From contig JAYEKO010000003.1 in assembly GCA_034661055.1 (NCBI GenBank), forward strand, positions 1-27,534: a DNA stretch of 27,534 nucleotides, in the 5' to 3' direction. Every line of letters starts with the position of its first letter. Position 1 is the stretch's first letter. A model generated the notes under the pieces. The model worked only from the letters and a program-made list of their open reading frames with translations, did not search any database and had not been told where the DNA came from. A program made the translations under genes and the position numbers. The DNA comes from Campylobacterota bacterium (GTDB lineage Bacteria; Campylobacterota; Campylobacteria; Campylobacterales; Sulfurimonadaceae). Shown here one piece after another: positions 1 to 8,000 of the stretch.

Positions 1-111
1 CTCTTTAGGACTTAGTACCCCAAATTGCTCTTGTAACTCTGGAAATAATGAGTTTTCTAAGTTCTTCACTTTAAGCCACATTTTTGAAAGAGTAGATATA
101 ATTTTAGACAT
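1..111 (-). CDS. N-terminal part of a probable IS transposase (IS5/IS1182-like, tentative); runs off the window edge
   Basis: ATG at 111 opens MSKIISTLSKMWLKVKNLENSLFPELQEQFGVLSPKE with no stop before the edge. The W..V...LFP.L.E..G.L pattern resembles N-termini I recall from DDE transposases. Extended -10 at 151-159. Catalytic region not visible. Confidence 0.55.
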   Translation of the reverse strand, partial: MSKIISTLSKMWLKVKNLENSLFPELQEQFGVLSPKE

Positions 112-150
112 AAGTTGAATCTCTTTTCTGTTAAATTTTTGTAGTAAATT

Positions 151-159
151 ATTATAACA
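151..159 (-). promoter_or_regulatory. Extended -10 box (TGTTATAAT) upstream of the putative transposase
   Basis: Perfect TGnTATAAT on the minus strand, about 40 nt upstream of ATG 111. Confidence 0.5.
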
Positions 160-504
160 TTTGAAGTTTGATTTCAACTTTTTTAACTACTTAAAAAATT
201 AAATTAGTCGCTTTTGTGGGAATCTGCAAGTGGCTCACTATAGTAAAATTGTTGAGAGAAAGAATTTTATCTTTAGCTAATCAATACTCTAGTAATTAAA
301 GCTTGTTTGAAAAACTGTGTAATATCCTTGTCAAATAGACTACATTCTGACAATTTTCATTAAAATATTGAAGTTTGAATTTGTATGTTTTTGCATTAAA
401 TATATAAGCTATAGATCACTTTTGCCACAAGAAACTACCTGCTGTTACATTTATTATTTTAATATTTATTTTGCTTGAAGTCCCGTGTATAGGGGATTTG
501 AGAG

Positions 505-588
505 TGGTGCACCAGAGAAGATTTGAACTTCCACTTCTCTCGAAACGAGCCCCTCAAGCCCGCGCGTCTACCGTTCCGCCACTGGTGC
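505..588 (-). tRNA. tRNA-Leu (anticodon GAG), 84 nt, CCA encoded
   Basis: Acceptor stem GCACCAG/CTGGTGC plus ACCA. Anticodon stem CGGGC/GCTCG with loop TTGAGGG. Long variable arm TTC-GAGA-GAA. T arm GGAAG-TTCAAAT-CTTCT. Confidence 0.93.
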
Positions 589-620
589 ATTTAACATTAT
601 TTTTCTTTTTTACTCAAGTT

Positions 621-658
621 CCCTCAAGGTAGCGTGTCTACCGTTCCACCACTGTCGC
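621..658 (-). pseudogene. 5' half (nt 1-38) of a second, different tRNA-Leu(GAG)
   Basis: GCGACAGTGGTGGAACGGTAGACACGCTACCTTGAGGG gives the acceptor 5' strand, D arm, anticodon 5' strand and loop. No GGTAG 3' strand, T arm or CCA follows. Confidence 0.85.
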
Positions 659-672
659 ATTAAATTAGAAAG

Positions 673-694
673 TTTGTCAGCCGAGGCTGACAAA
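673..694 (-). terminator. Hairpin after atpE (terminator or processing stem)
   Basis: TTTGTCAGC-N4-GCTGACAAA perfect 9-bp stem 14 nt after the atpE stop; only a weak U tract (CTTTCT). Confidence 0.6.
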
Positions 695-708
695 GGGGTA
701 CTTAGGGA

Positions 709-1020
709 TTAACCTAGGTACGGATTCGCATATAGTGCGATAAGTGCAATTACTAGAGTATAGATAACTTGCGCTTCAATCATTGCAAGAGCGATGAACA
801 TTGTAGTCATTAGTTTTCCACCAAGACCTGGGTTGCGTGCAGTACCAGCAATTGTTGCAGCAGCAGTATGACCCATACCAATTGCTCCACCAAGTGCAGC
901 TAAACCAAGACCAACACCAGCAGCGATCATTGAGTATGCTTTAAGTGTTTCGTTTGCAACGTTTTCACCAGCGAATGCAGCAGCAGTTAATGCTACCATT
1001 AAGAAAAGAATTTTTTTCAT
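709..1020 (-). CDS. atpE: F0F1 ATP synthase subunit c
   Basis: GxGxGxxG helix, ARNP loop, conserved Glu in ALAMIEAQVIY. N-terminal signal-like extension as in Campylobacterota. Confidence 0.97.
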   Translation of the reverse strand: MKKILFLMVALTAAAFAGENVANETLKAYSMIAAGVGLGLAALGGAIGMGHTAAATIAGTARNPGLGGKLMTTMFIALAMIEAQVIYTLVIALIALYANPYLG

Positions 1021-1136
1021 TTTAGTTCCTATAATATTTTTTCAAAGTCCGTTCGGATAGCGTAAACACATCTAAAAGATATGCCAACAACAACATAAAT
1101 GCCGCTGTTTCCCTACTAAATCACTTTGATATCGGA

Positions 1137-1142
1137 ATTATA
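1137..1142 (-). promoter_or_regulatory. -10 box (TATAAT) of the atpE promoter
   Basis: TATAAT between the pnp stop and atpE, implying a leader of about 110 nt. Confidence 0.55.
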
Positions 1143-1165
1143 GACATTTTGTGCTAAAAAAATGC

Positions 1166-3334
1166 TTACGCACGATCTAAACTAATCTTATTTCCCTTAA
1201 ATTCAATAATTTTAACTTTAATGGCATCACCTTCGCTAAGGACATCAGAGACTTTATTGACACGTTGATCAGATACTTTTGAGATGTGAAGTAGGCCATC
1301 AATTCCACCTGGAAGTTCAATGAATGCACCAAAGTCAACAATTTTTTTGACTTTACCATCAGCTACATCGCCAACGTTATACTCAATTTTTTCAGGTGCA
1401 TTATTGATAATGCCTTCAATGTGAGCACGAGCTCCTTGAACACCTTTTTTGTTTTTTCCGGTAACCTTAACATGACCCTGTTTTTTGTCAATATCAATAG
1501 CTACTTCAAACATCTCAATAATTTCACGAATTGTTTTACCTGCTTGACCGATAATATCTCCTACAAAACTTGGATCAATGTGAAAAAGGTCTGAACTCGG
1601 AAGACTCTCTTCATTGAGCTCAATCTCTTCTTCAGCACTCTGCATTATGTCAATAATATGTGAACGTGCCTCTTTGGCCTGCGCTAACGCTTTAGTTAAA
1701 ACCTCTAAACTAATACCACCAAGCTTAATATCCATCTGAAGTGCAGTAATACCATCTTTAGAACCAGTCACTTTAAAATCTAAATCACCATCATGATCTT
1801 CAAGACCTGTAATGTCAGAAAGAATTGCATAACGCTCACCCTCGCTAACCATTCCCATAGCAACACCAGCAATGGTATCACTCATCTCAACATCACCGGC
1901 TCTCAGTGCCATGTAGCCACCACACACTGTTGCCATAGATGATGAACCATTAGACTCCATAATTTCAGAAACTAAACGAATTGTTCTATCTGAAGCTTGA
2001 AGTGATGACTCTAAAGCACGCTTTGCCAAGTTTCCGTGTCCTAACTCTCTACGGCGCGGAGGACCAACTGGAGAAGGCTCACCTACTGAAAATCCTGGAA
2101 AATTATAGTGCACCATAAAGGTCTCATTTTGAGTACCTCCATCGGTCAGTTTTTCAAACATCTGTGCATCTTTATGGCCACCAATAGTTAATATAACTAA
2201 AGCTTGTGTCTGACCACGAGTAAAGAGTGCTGAAGCGTGAGCTGAAGGTAAAATATTGGTCTCAATTGAAATTGGACGTACTTCACTGGTGTTTCTACCA
2301 TCTGCTCTAAGATTATTATCTAAAATTTGTGCTCTTACTGTGTCATGTTTTACACTCTCAATAGCTCGCTTAAGCTCTTTTTCATCCCACTCAGGCTGTG
2401 CTGTTACAATCTCTTTACGAAGACGTTTAAGAGCAGTTGAACGTTCAGTTCGTGCCATCTCGCCAATAGCATCCTTTACTGTTTGGATATGGTTAGATTT
2501 AATATATTCAGTCATATCAGTAGAGATTTCAAGTTCTAAACACTCAAGAGGCATACACTCTTTTGAGTAGTTAGCAAAACGCTCTTCATAGACTCTATTG
2601 GCATTAGATAAATACTCACCTGCTTGTGAAAGAACTTCTACAAACTCCTCTTCACTTACAGCATTGCTTACATGCTTACTGACTGTCTCAGCAGAGAGTG
2701 CTGGATCAATCATAGGGTCTATCATTGGAAGATCTAGCAACTCAACTTCGGTTGAACCAAAAGAGCGCATCTCAATCATAAGAAGATCGTCTTTACTTCC
2801 CGAAAGATAGAGATCTAGTGTTGACTCTTCTAGCTGACTCATTGTAGGATTAATAACGATTTCACCATCAACTTTAGCAACACGAACCGCTGTTACTGAG
2901 TTATTAATATCAATATCAGATACAAACAGTGCTGCTGAAGCGGCATTAAGAGCTAGTACCTGCAAGTCTGCATCACTATCTACACTTAGAACCATAATAG
3001 TAACTTGAATTGGGTTAGCAAAACCTTTTGGAAAAAGTGGACGTAACGAGCGGTCAACAACTCTAGATGTCAAGGTCTCAAAATCACTTGGTTTCGTTTC
3101 ACGCTTAAAAAAGCCTCCTGGGAACTTTCCAGCTGCATATGTTTTTTCAATATACTGAACAGTAAGTGGTAAGAACTCTTCAGAGACAAAATCAGTCTCA
3201 TCAATTACTACAGTTGCTAAAATAACAGTATTTCCATTTTTTAAAACTACTGTTCCATTTGCCTGTTTTGCCATCTGATTAAAAGCGTAATTTTCAACCT
3301 TATTCTCTAACTCTATTATTTCATTATACTTCAC
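1166..3334 (-). CDS. pnp: Polyribonucleotide nucleotidyltransferase (PNPase)
   Basis: Two RNase PH domains (FLPLTVQY, RRELGHG, ESNGSSSMA, EDHDGDLDFKV) plus KH and S1 domains. GTG start with GGAG upstream. Confidence 0.97.
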   Translation of the reverse strand: MKYNEIIELENKVENYAFNQMAKQANGTVVLKNGNTVILATVVIDETDFVSEEFLPLTVQYIEKTYAAGKFPGGFFKRETKPSDFETLTSRVVDRSLRPLFPKGFANPIQVTIMVLSVDSDADLQVLALNAASAALFVSDIDINNSVTAVRVAKVDGEIVINPTMSQLEESTLDLYLSGSKDDLLMIEMRSFGSTEVELLDLPMIDPMIDPALSAETVSKHVSNAVSEEEFVEVLSQAGEYLSNANRVYEERFANYSKECMPLECLELEISTDMTEYIKSNHIQTVKDAIGEMARTERSTALKRLRKEIVTAQPEWDEKELKRAIESVKHDTVRAQILDNNLRADGRNTSEVRPISIETNILPSAHASALFTRGQTQALVILTIGGHKDAQMFEKLTDGGTQNETFMVHYNFPGFSVGEPSPVGPPRRRELGHGNLAKRALESSLQASDRTIRLVSEIMESNGSSSMATVCGGYMALRAGDVEMSDTIAGVAMGMVSEGERYAILSDITGLEDHDGDLDFKVTGSKDGITALQMDIKLGGISLEVLTKALAQAKEARSHIIDIMQSAEEEIELNEESLPSSDLFHIDPSFVGDIIGQAGKTIREIIEMFEVAIDIDKKQGHVKVTGKNKKGVQGARAHIEGIINNAPEKIEYNVGDVADGKVKKIVDFGAFIELPGGIDGLLHISKVSDQRVNKVSDVLSEGDAIKVKIIEFKGNKISLDRA

Positions 3335-3986
3335 TATGTTCTCCTAATATTTTTTCAATTTCTTCATTACTGATTATGTTGAAATTCTCATAATATGACT
3401 CTGTTTCTAAATAATCTCTAATATCATGTAAATAGTAGATATGATCTACTAAAGGGTCTAGGGCTTCAAGAACACCATGAGGAATGATTGGTACAATTAC
3501 ATGTACTGCTTTTGGCTTCATGGCCAAAACAGTTTTAATCGCAGTTAAGAGCTTTAATCCAGTCTCACTACCGTCATCAATTAAAACTACCACTTTGTCT
3601 CTTATATTTGGAAATGGCCTCCCTTTGCGGTATTGATATATTGAAGTCAAAATCTGCTCTTCATGTTTGCGATGAGCGTCACTGTAGACAAAATCAAGTC
3701 CAATATCAAATGCATTACAAAGTGCTTCATGAATTACCAACTCTTCACTCTCACTCACACGAGCAATCTCACACTCTTCATTTTGAGGAGCGTTTACTGC
3801 TTCTGTAAAAAGAATATCCACACGAGTTTTTAATCTTCGGTTTAAAACATCTGCAATCTCTAAACCACCAAAGGATAGAGAAATTACATCCCAAGACTCA
3901 TTACGTATTTTCTCAACAGGTAAAAATTCTAAAAGCTGCTTTGCAGCATCTTCACGATTTTTAAATATCTCTTTTTGACACTCCAT
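3324..3986 (-). CDS. Phosphoribosyltransferase-family protein
   Basis: FKNREDAA N-terminus and VVLIDDGSETG PRPP-loop-like motif. Confidence 0.8.
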   Translation of the reverse strand: MECQKEIFKNREDAAKQLLEFLPVEKIRNESWDVISLSFGGLEIADVLNRRLKTRVDILFTEAVNAPQNEECEIARVSESEELVIHEALCNAFDIGLDFVYSDAHRKHEEQILTSIYQYRKGRPFPNIRDKVVVLIDDGSETGLKLLTAIKTVLAMKPKAVHVIVPIIPHGVLEALDPLVDHIYYLHDIRDYLETESYYENFNIISNEEIEKILGEHSEV

Positions 3987-4000
3987 TAAGACCTCCCGTT

Positions 4001-5395
4001 TTAAAAGCTAGCTGCACTGCCAAGTACATACTTTAAGTTGTTGTCAATAAAGCGCATTCCAACACCAAAATAGAGTGTTTGAGACTCTGAGTTTGCTATA
4101 TTATCCCAGCCACCAAAAAATTCAAGGTGCTTGAGCATACGATATCTAACTCCTACTTTGAAGTGAGCATTTTCTCCTCTTGTATCATTCACAGCATTAA
4201 AGTCATAAGCATCTGCGCTAAAGGTCAATCTGTCATTGTCCATATAATAATCAACACCAAAGCCACCCGTAGACTCAATAACACCTGCACGCAATAGTAA
4301 ATTATTGAAACGTTTACCATACTGAGCGGAGATATATGTTTCACTTTCATCATGTAGCCCTGGTAAAATACCAACTTCACTATAATCATCCATCGATATC
4401 ATATCAAGCATATAATATGTTTCAGGATTAGGAAGATAAATAATACCTGCTGTTGTTTTCATAGATGCATCATTAATCATATAATCTGAGTGAGCACTTA
4501 TCTGCAATTCACTAACAGTAAAATTAGAGAGCATGGAGTCAACTTTATCAAAAGCATTCTGCCCACTGTCAAAAAAGCTATCGGCTGAAATTAAAGTACT
4601 TTTTATAGAATCTCTATTCTCTTCTATTAGATTTGTAACATTGTCTTCAATAGCGATAAACTTATCCATAGCTATGGGAAGCTTCTTATCTAGTGTTAAA
4701 GCGACGCTATCAAGCCTACGTGTCAAAGAGTCAATACGTTTCATAATTTGAGGAAGGTCTTTATTGACAGTGTCTGCAGTTAAAGCAAAACCTTTTCCCA
4801 TATCACGCATCCCTTTTATAGCCTCTTTCACCGCTTCACGATTTTCTAATACCATGGCATCAAGATTTACACCGACACTTTTAAAGGCACCGATCATCTC
4901 TTTAAGTTCTTCTTGCCGCTGAGCATCGAGGACATTTCTGAAATCTTTAATTAACAGCTGCAATTCTGTTGCTGCTTCATTTACTGAATCACTTGTTTCG
5001 TCAAAAGCAGCATACTGTTTCGAATGCTCTAGCACACCATTAGTATCAATATTTTCTTCACTTTTTCCAGCCAAGATATTAATAGACTTTGCACCTAAAA
5101 CACTCTCTTGAGAGACTACAATAATAGAATCAACAGGTATATGAACCTGCTCTTGAATCAGCAGTATTAACTTAACACGACGTCCATCAATATAGATTTT
5201 AGAGACCTCTCCTATTCCAACACCATTCATACTAACTTTTGTCTGAAGCTCCAGACCCGTTGCGTCATCTAAAAAAGCACTAATCTCATAACCTTTTTCA
5301 TCAAAGCTTGAAAACTTTGTTACTTGGGTTGACAATAAAAAGAGTGCAACCAGACCTAAAATAACAAAAAGGCCTATCTTTGCTTCAAGTTTCAT
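4001..5395 (-). CDS. MCE/MlaD-family protein with long helical region and beta-rich C-terminus
   Basis: N-terminal TM, MCE motif (DATGL...KVSMNGVGIGEV...LGAKSINI), helical middle, amphipathic beta strands at the C-terminus. Confidence 0.85.
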   Translation of the reverse strand: MKLEAKIGLFVILGLVALFLLSTQVTKFSSFDEKGYEISAFLDDATGLELQTKVSMNGVGIGEVSKIYIDGRRVKLILLIQEQVHIPVDSIIVVSQESVLGAKSINILAGKSEENIDTNGVLEHSKQYAAFDETSDSVNEAATELQLLIKDFRNVLDAQRQEELKEMIGAFKSVGVNLDAMVLENREAVKEAIKGMRDMGKGFALTADTVNKDLPQIMKRIDSLTRRLDSVALTLDKKLPIAMDKFIAIEDNVTNLIEENRDSIKSTLISADSFFDSGQNAFDKVDSMLSNFTVSELQISAHSDYMINDASMKTTAGIIYLPNPETYYMLDMISMDDYSEVGILPGLHDESETYISAQYGKRFNNLLLRAGVIESTGGFGVDYYMDNDRLTFSADAYDFNAVNDTRGENAHFKVGVRYRMLKHLEFFGGWDNIANSESQTLYFGVGMRFIDNNLKYVLGSAASF

Positions 5396-5400
5396 TCTAT

Positions 5401-7545
5401 TTAATCCTCTAAAGAGTTGCTAATTTTATAGCTAATATCTGTGCCGCCAATAGGTTTTAGCGCAACTGTAAAATATATGTACTTATCAAAAATTGATGAT
5501 GCATCATTATTCGTTAAAATTGGCCTATTATTTTCGACGTATCGTATTCCAAACTCCCAACATCGTTTCGAGTACAAGAATCCAATCTCCATCTGTTTCT
5601 TAACAGCCTCTTGCATGTCATAAGCCATTTTTGCAAAATATTTATAGTAATCATCATACTTATAGGTAGCGTCCATAATTAAATAACTACTTTTATTTAA
5701 TGCTGTATCAATATAGTTTTCATAAAGATGCGTTAAATCCAATGCTATTGTTTCGTCATTATATCGTAATGAGTTAAGAAACTTTGTGATTTGTGCTTCA
5801 TCGTGATTATAGAGGGTATCATTATAAAATGAGATTTGCTTGCCAAGTCTTAAGTCTAGCTCATTTTCCAACTCTCCTAAAGAATCACTATTTGCTTCAT
5901 TTGTAATCTTTTGAGAGAGCTTATGATAAAGCAGCTGATCTCCATCTGCATTAAAGAAAAATTGTGTCATTCCCAACTCTGCAGCATCTTCAATATCGAC
6001 AATATCGTAATAGTCACACAATGGGTTGTTGTAAATATATTCTCTATTGCAAATCTCCTGAGACTCCTCATAGTAGCCACTTTTATAGTCACTTCCACCA
6101 TTAATATAAGAGGCATCAAAAGTCACTACATGAGAAAAATCTTCATAACCTTTAACCAAGGAACTTTCAACATTAAAAATATGGTAATTTCGTGCAAATA
6201 CTCCACTACTATAGTCATTATTTGGATCTGGTATTACATCATTTCCACTAAAGAAAATATGACGACCATGTAGTTGCATGGTATAACTAAATTCTACTAA
6301 ATCGTCTAAAAAAGAATCTCTAATTGTAATTGGAATATTGAGTTCACTCGCAAATGCATTTTTACCCTTAGGTCGGTACTGATTGGTAGCGGTTGCATCA
6401 AGTGAGTAGAAAAGATAATCTTCAAACAGAGCATCTAGATAGTGATGATACTGAAACACAGGCAGTGACTGTATGGTCTCATCATTATTTTTTTTACTTA
6501 AGTCTAAAAAGTACTTAAAGTATAGACCAAAGTAGTCACTTTCGGTATTATAAAAAGCGTTTATTCTTGAGTAAATTTGATTTGAAGTTGAATACTTTGT
6601 CTCATCATTTCCCTTAAGGTTAACATAGTCGATGTCATTCATCCATGTAATATCACTATATAGACCTGATTGTCCGGAAACGTTGTAACCAAACCACTCT
6701 TTAAGAACATTATGATTAATATAGTTTATATCAACTCCATAATGTTCATCATTAGCCAAATTGTACTCTTTCATATAACTATTTTGTTCTTTAAAATATC
6801 CCAATATTACTTCACCTTGTGAGACTTTAGAGTCAACAAAACGTAGTGCAGAGTAGAGTCCAGCTCCACGATTAGTTCTAACTTGAGGTGCAACTTCTAA
6901 ATCCCAACTATTCTCCCGAGCAATATAAATTGGCTGCTTATAGAAAAATCCTTCACTGCTCGATATACCAAAAGAGGGAACCAAAAGGCCCGTTCTTCGT
7001 TTAAAATCTAAGGGATAACCAAAATAGGGAAAATAGAAAACAGGAACATCATAAAGCTGAAGTGAAGCGTTATAGATATTCATCCATTTAGACTCATCAT
7101 CATAATCTGCACTACTAAAGTGCATTTTCCACAAGGGATTAGTCGGGTCGCATCCCGAAACCATCCCTTGTTCTAAAGAGATAAGAGATTTTTTAGAACT
7201 CGCTTTTTTAGTGCTCATCCAGACATCTAAGCGTTTCTCTAAAAGATAAAAAGGCTCAAAAACTCTATCATCTTTGTCTAAAATAATTTTTGCATACTCA
7301 CCCAGTACATGATAGGAAGCCCCTTTTAAAACTGTTATGTTTCCAAATAGTTCTAAGACACTGCTATTTCGCTCGTAAACAATTTTTGAAGCACTTAAAT
7401 ATTGATCATCATAAAGAACTACAACATCATCAAATGCTTTAAGATGTGTTGCATTTGAATCAAGTGTTGTAGCAAACACCTCTACTTGTTGTGCTGCAGA
7501 TAGAGTACCTGAGACAAAAAGTAAAAGTAAAATGAGTTTACGCAT
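5401..7545 (-). CDS. lptD: LPS-assembly protein LptD
   Basis: Signal peptide, SGCDP..P.W, VPVFYFPY, RRTGLL.PSFG, C-terminal KRCW, aromatic-rich barrel; position in the purD-pnp cluster. Confidence 0.9.
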   Translation of the reverse strand: MRKLILLLLFVSGTLSAAQQVEVFATTLDSNATHLKAFDDVVVLYDDQYLSASKIVYERNSSVLELFGNITVLKGASYHVLGEYAKIILDKDDRVFEPFYLLEKRLDVWMSTKKASSKKSLISLEQGMVSGCDPTNPLWKMHFSSADYDDESKWMNIYNASLQLYDVPVFYFPYFGYPLDFKRRTGLLVPSFGISSSEGFFYKQPIYIARENSWDLEVAPQVRTNRGAGLYSALRFVDSKVSQGEVILGYFKEQNSYMKEYNLANDEHYGVDINYINHNVLKEWFGYNVSGQSGLYSDITWMNDIDYVNLKGNDETKYSTSNQIYSRINAFYNTESDYFGLYFKYFLDLSKKNNDETIQSLPVFQYHHYLDALFEDYLFYSLDATATNQYRPKGKNAFASELNIPITIRDSFLDDLVEFSYTMQLHGRHIFFSGNDVIPDPNNDYSSGVFARNYHIFNVESSLVKGYEDFSHVVTFDASYINGGSDYKSGYYEESQEICNREYIYNNPLCDYYDIVDIEDAAELGMTQFFFNADGDQLLYHKLSQKITNEANSDSLGELENELDLRLGKQISFYNDTLYNHDEAQITKFLNSLRYNDETIALDLTHLYENYIDTALNKSSYLIMDATYKYDDYYKYFAKMAYDMQEAVKKQMEIGFLYSKRCWEFGIRYVENNRPILTNNDASSIFDKYIYFTVALKPIGGTDISYKISNSLED

Positions 7546-7987
7546 TTACTACCAATGTTCGCGCTGTTTTATCATGCCAGGTCTGATGTTCTGGATTCAT
7601 CGTTCCCCACAAAAACCCTAAATAGAGAAAAAGTTCACTAATAATTCTAAATACTGCTCTATTAAATGCGCTTGTAAACGTTGGGGTTGATAATGTAGAT
7701 ACCTCTATAATTCTAATTTTCATTATGATTTTTCCCAGTGTGGCACCATATTGAATTGTAAAAAATGTTTGGTAAACTATTTTCATTATCATAAACTCCA
7801 ACACAAACGTATTAGTTAAGACAATAATTTCCTCTGTACTTTGAGCTGACGTAAATGAATCCCAAAGTACAATAATAAGAAGCAAAGATAAAAGCATCTC
7901 ATCAATAAACATAGAGAATGCACGTTTTCTGACTGAGGCGACAATCAGCTCTTCACGCTGCAGTCTCTCTTGAAGTTCATCTTCCAT
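7538..7987 (-). CDS. RDD family membrane protein
   Basis: ASVRKRAFSMFID, GATLGK, QTWHDK.A.T motifs. Confidence 0.88.
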   Translation of the reverse strand: MEDELQERLQREELIVASVRKRAFSMFIDEMLLSLLLIIVLWDSFTSAQSTEEIIVLTNTFVLEFMIMKIVYQTFFTIQYGATLGKIIMKIRIIEVSTLSTPTFTSAFNRAVFRIISELFLYLGFLWGTMNPEHQTWHDKTARTLVVNA

Positions 7988-8000
7988 CTATCAATAGCCC

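Larger units (their letters stand above)
1..236 (-). mobile_element. Probable left end of an insertion sequence (candidate terminal inverted repeat GAGCCACTTGCAGATTCCCACAAAAGCGAC)
   Basis: GC-richer 30-mer at 207-236 inside AT-rich DNA, about 100-125 nt upstream of the putative transposase start, next to the palindrome ACTATAGT (237-244). The partner repeat would lie outside the window. Confidence 0.45.

Noticed and set aside
245..470. Small ORFs in the AT-rich spacer
   Set aside because: The frames I checked close within a few tens of codons and show no convincing start, SD or motif
589..658. Intron-containing or split tRNA joining the 5' half to the downstream tRNA's 3' half
   Set aside because: The fragment's acceptor (GCGACAG) and anticodon (CTACC) strands do not pair with the downstream 3' strands (CTGGTGC, GCTCG), and no intron structure is present
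709..1020. Na+-coupled ATP synthase suggested by the nearby nhaD
   Set aside because: Subunit c has IEAQ and lacks the Q...E-S/T sodium-binding signature
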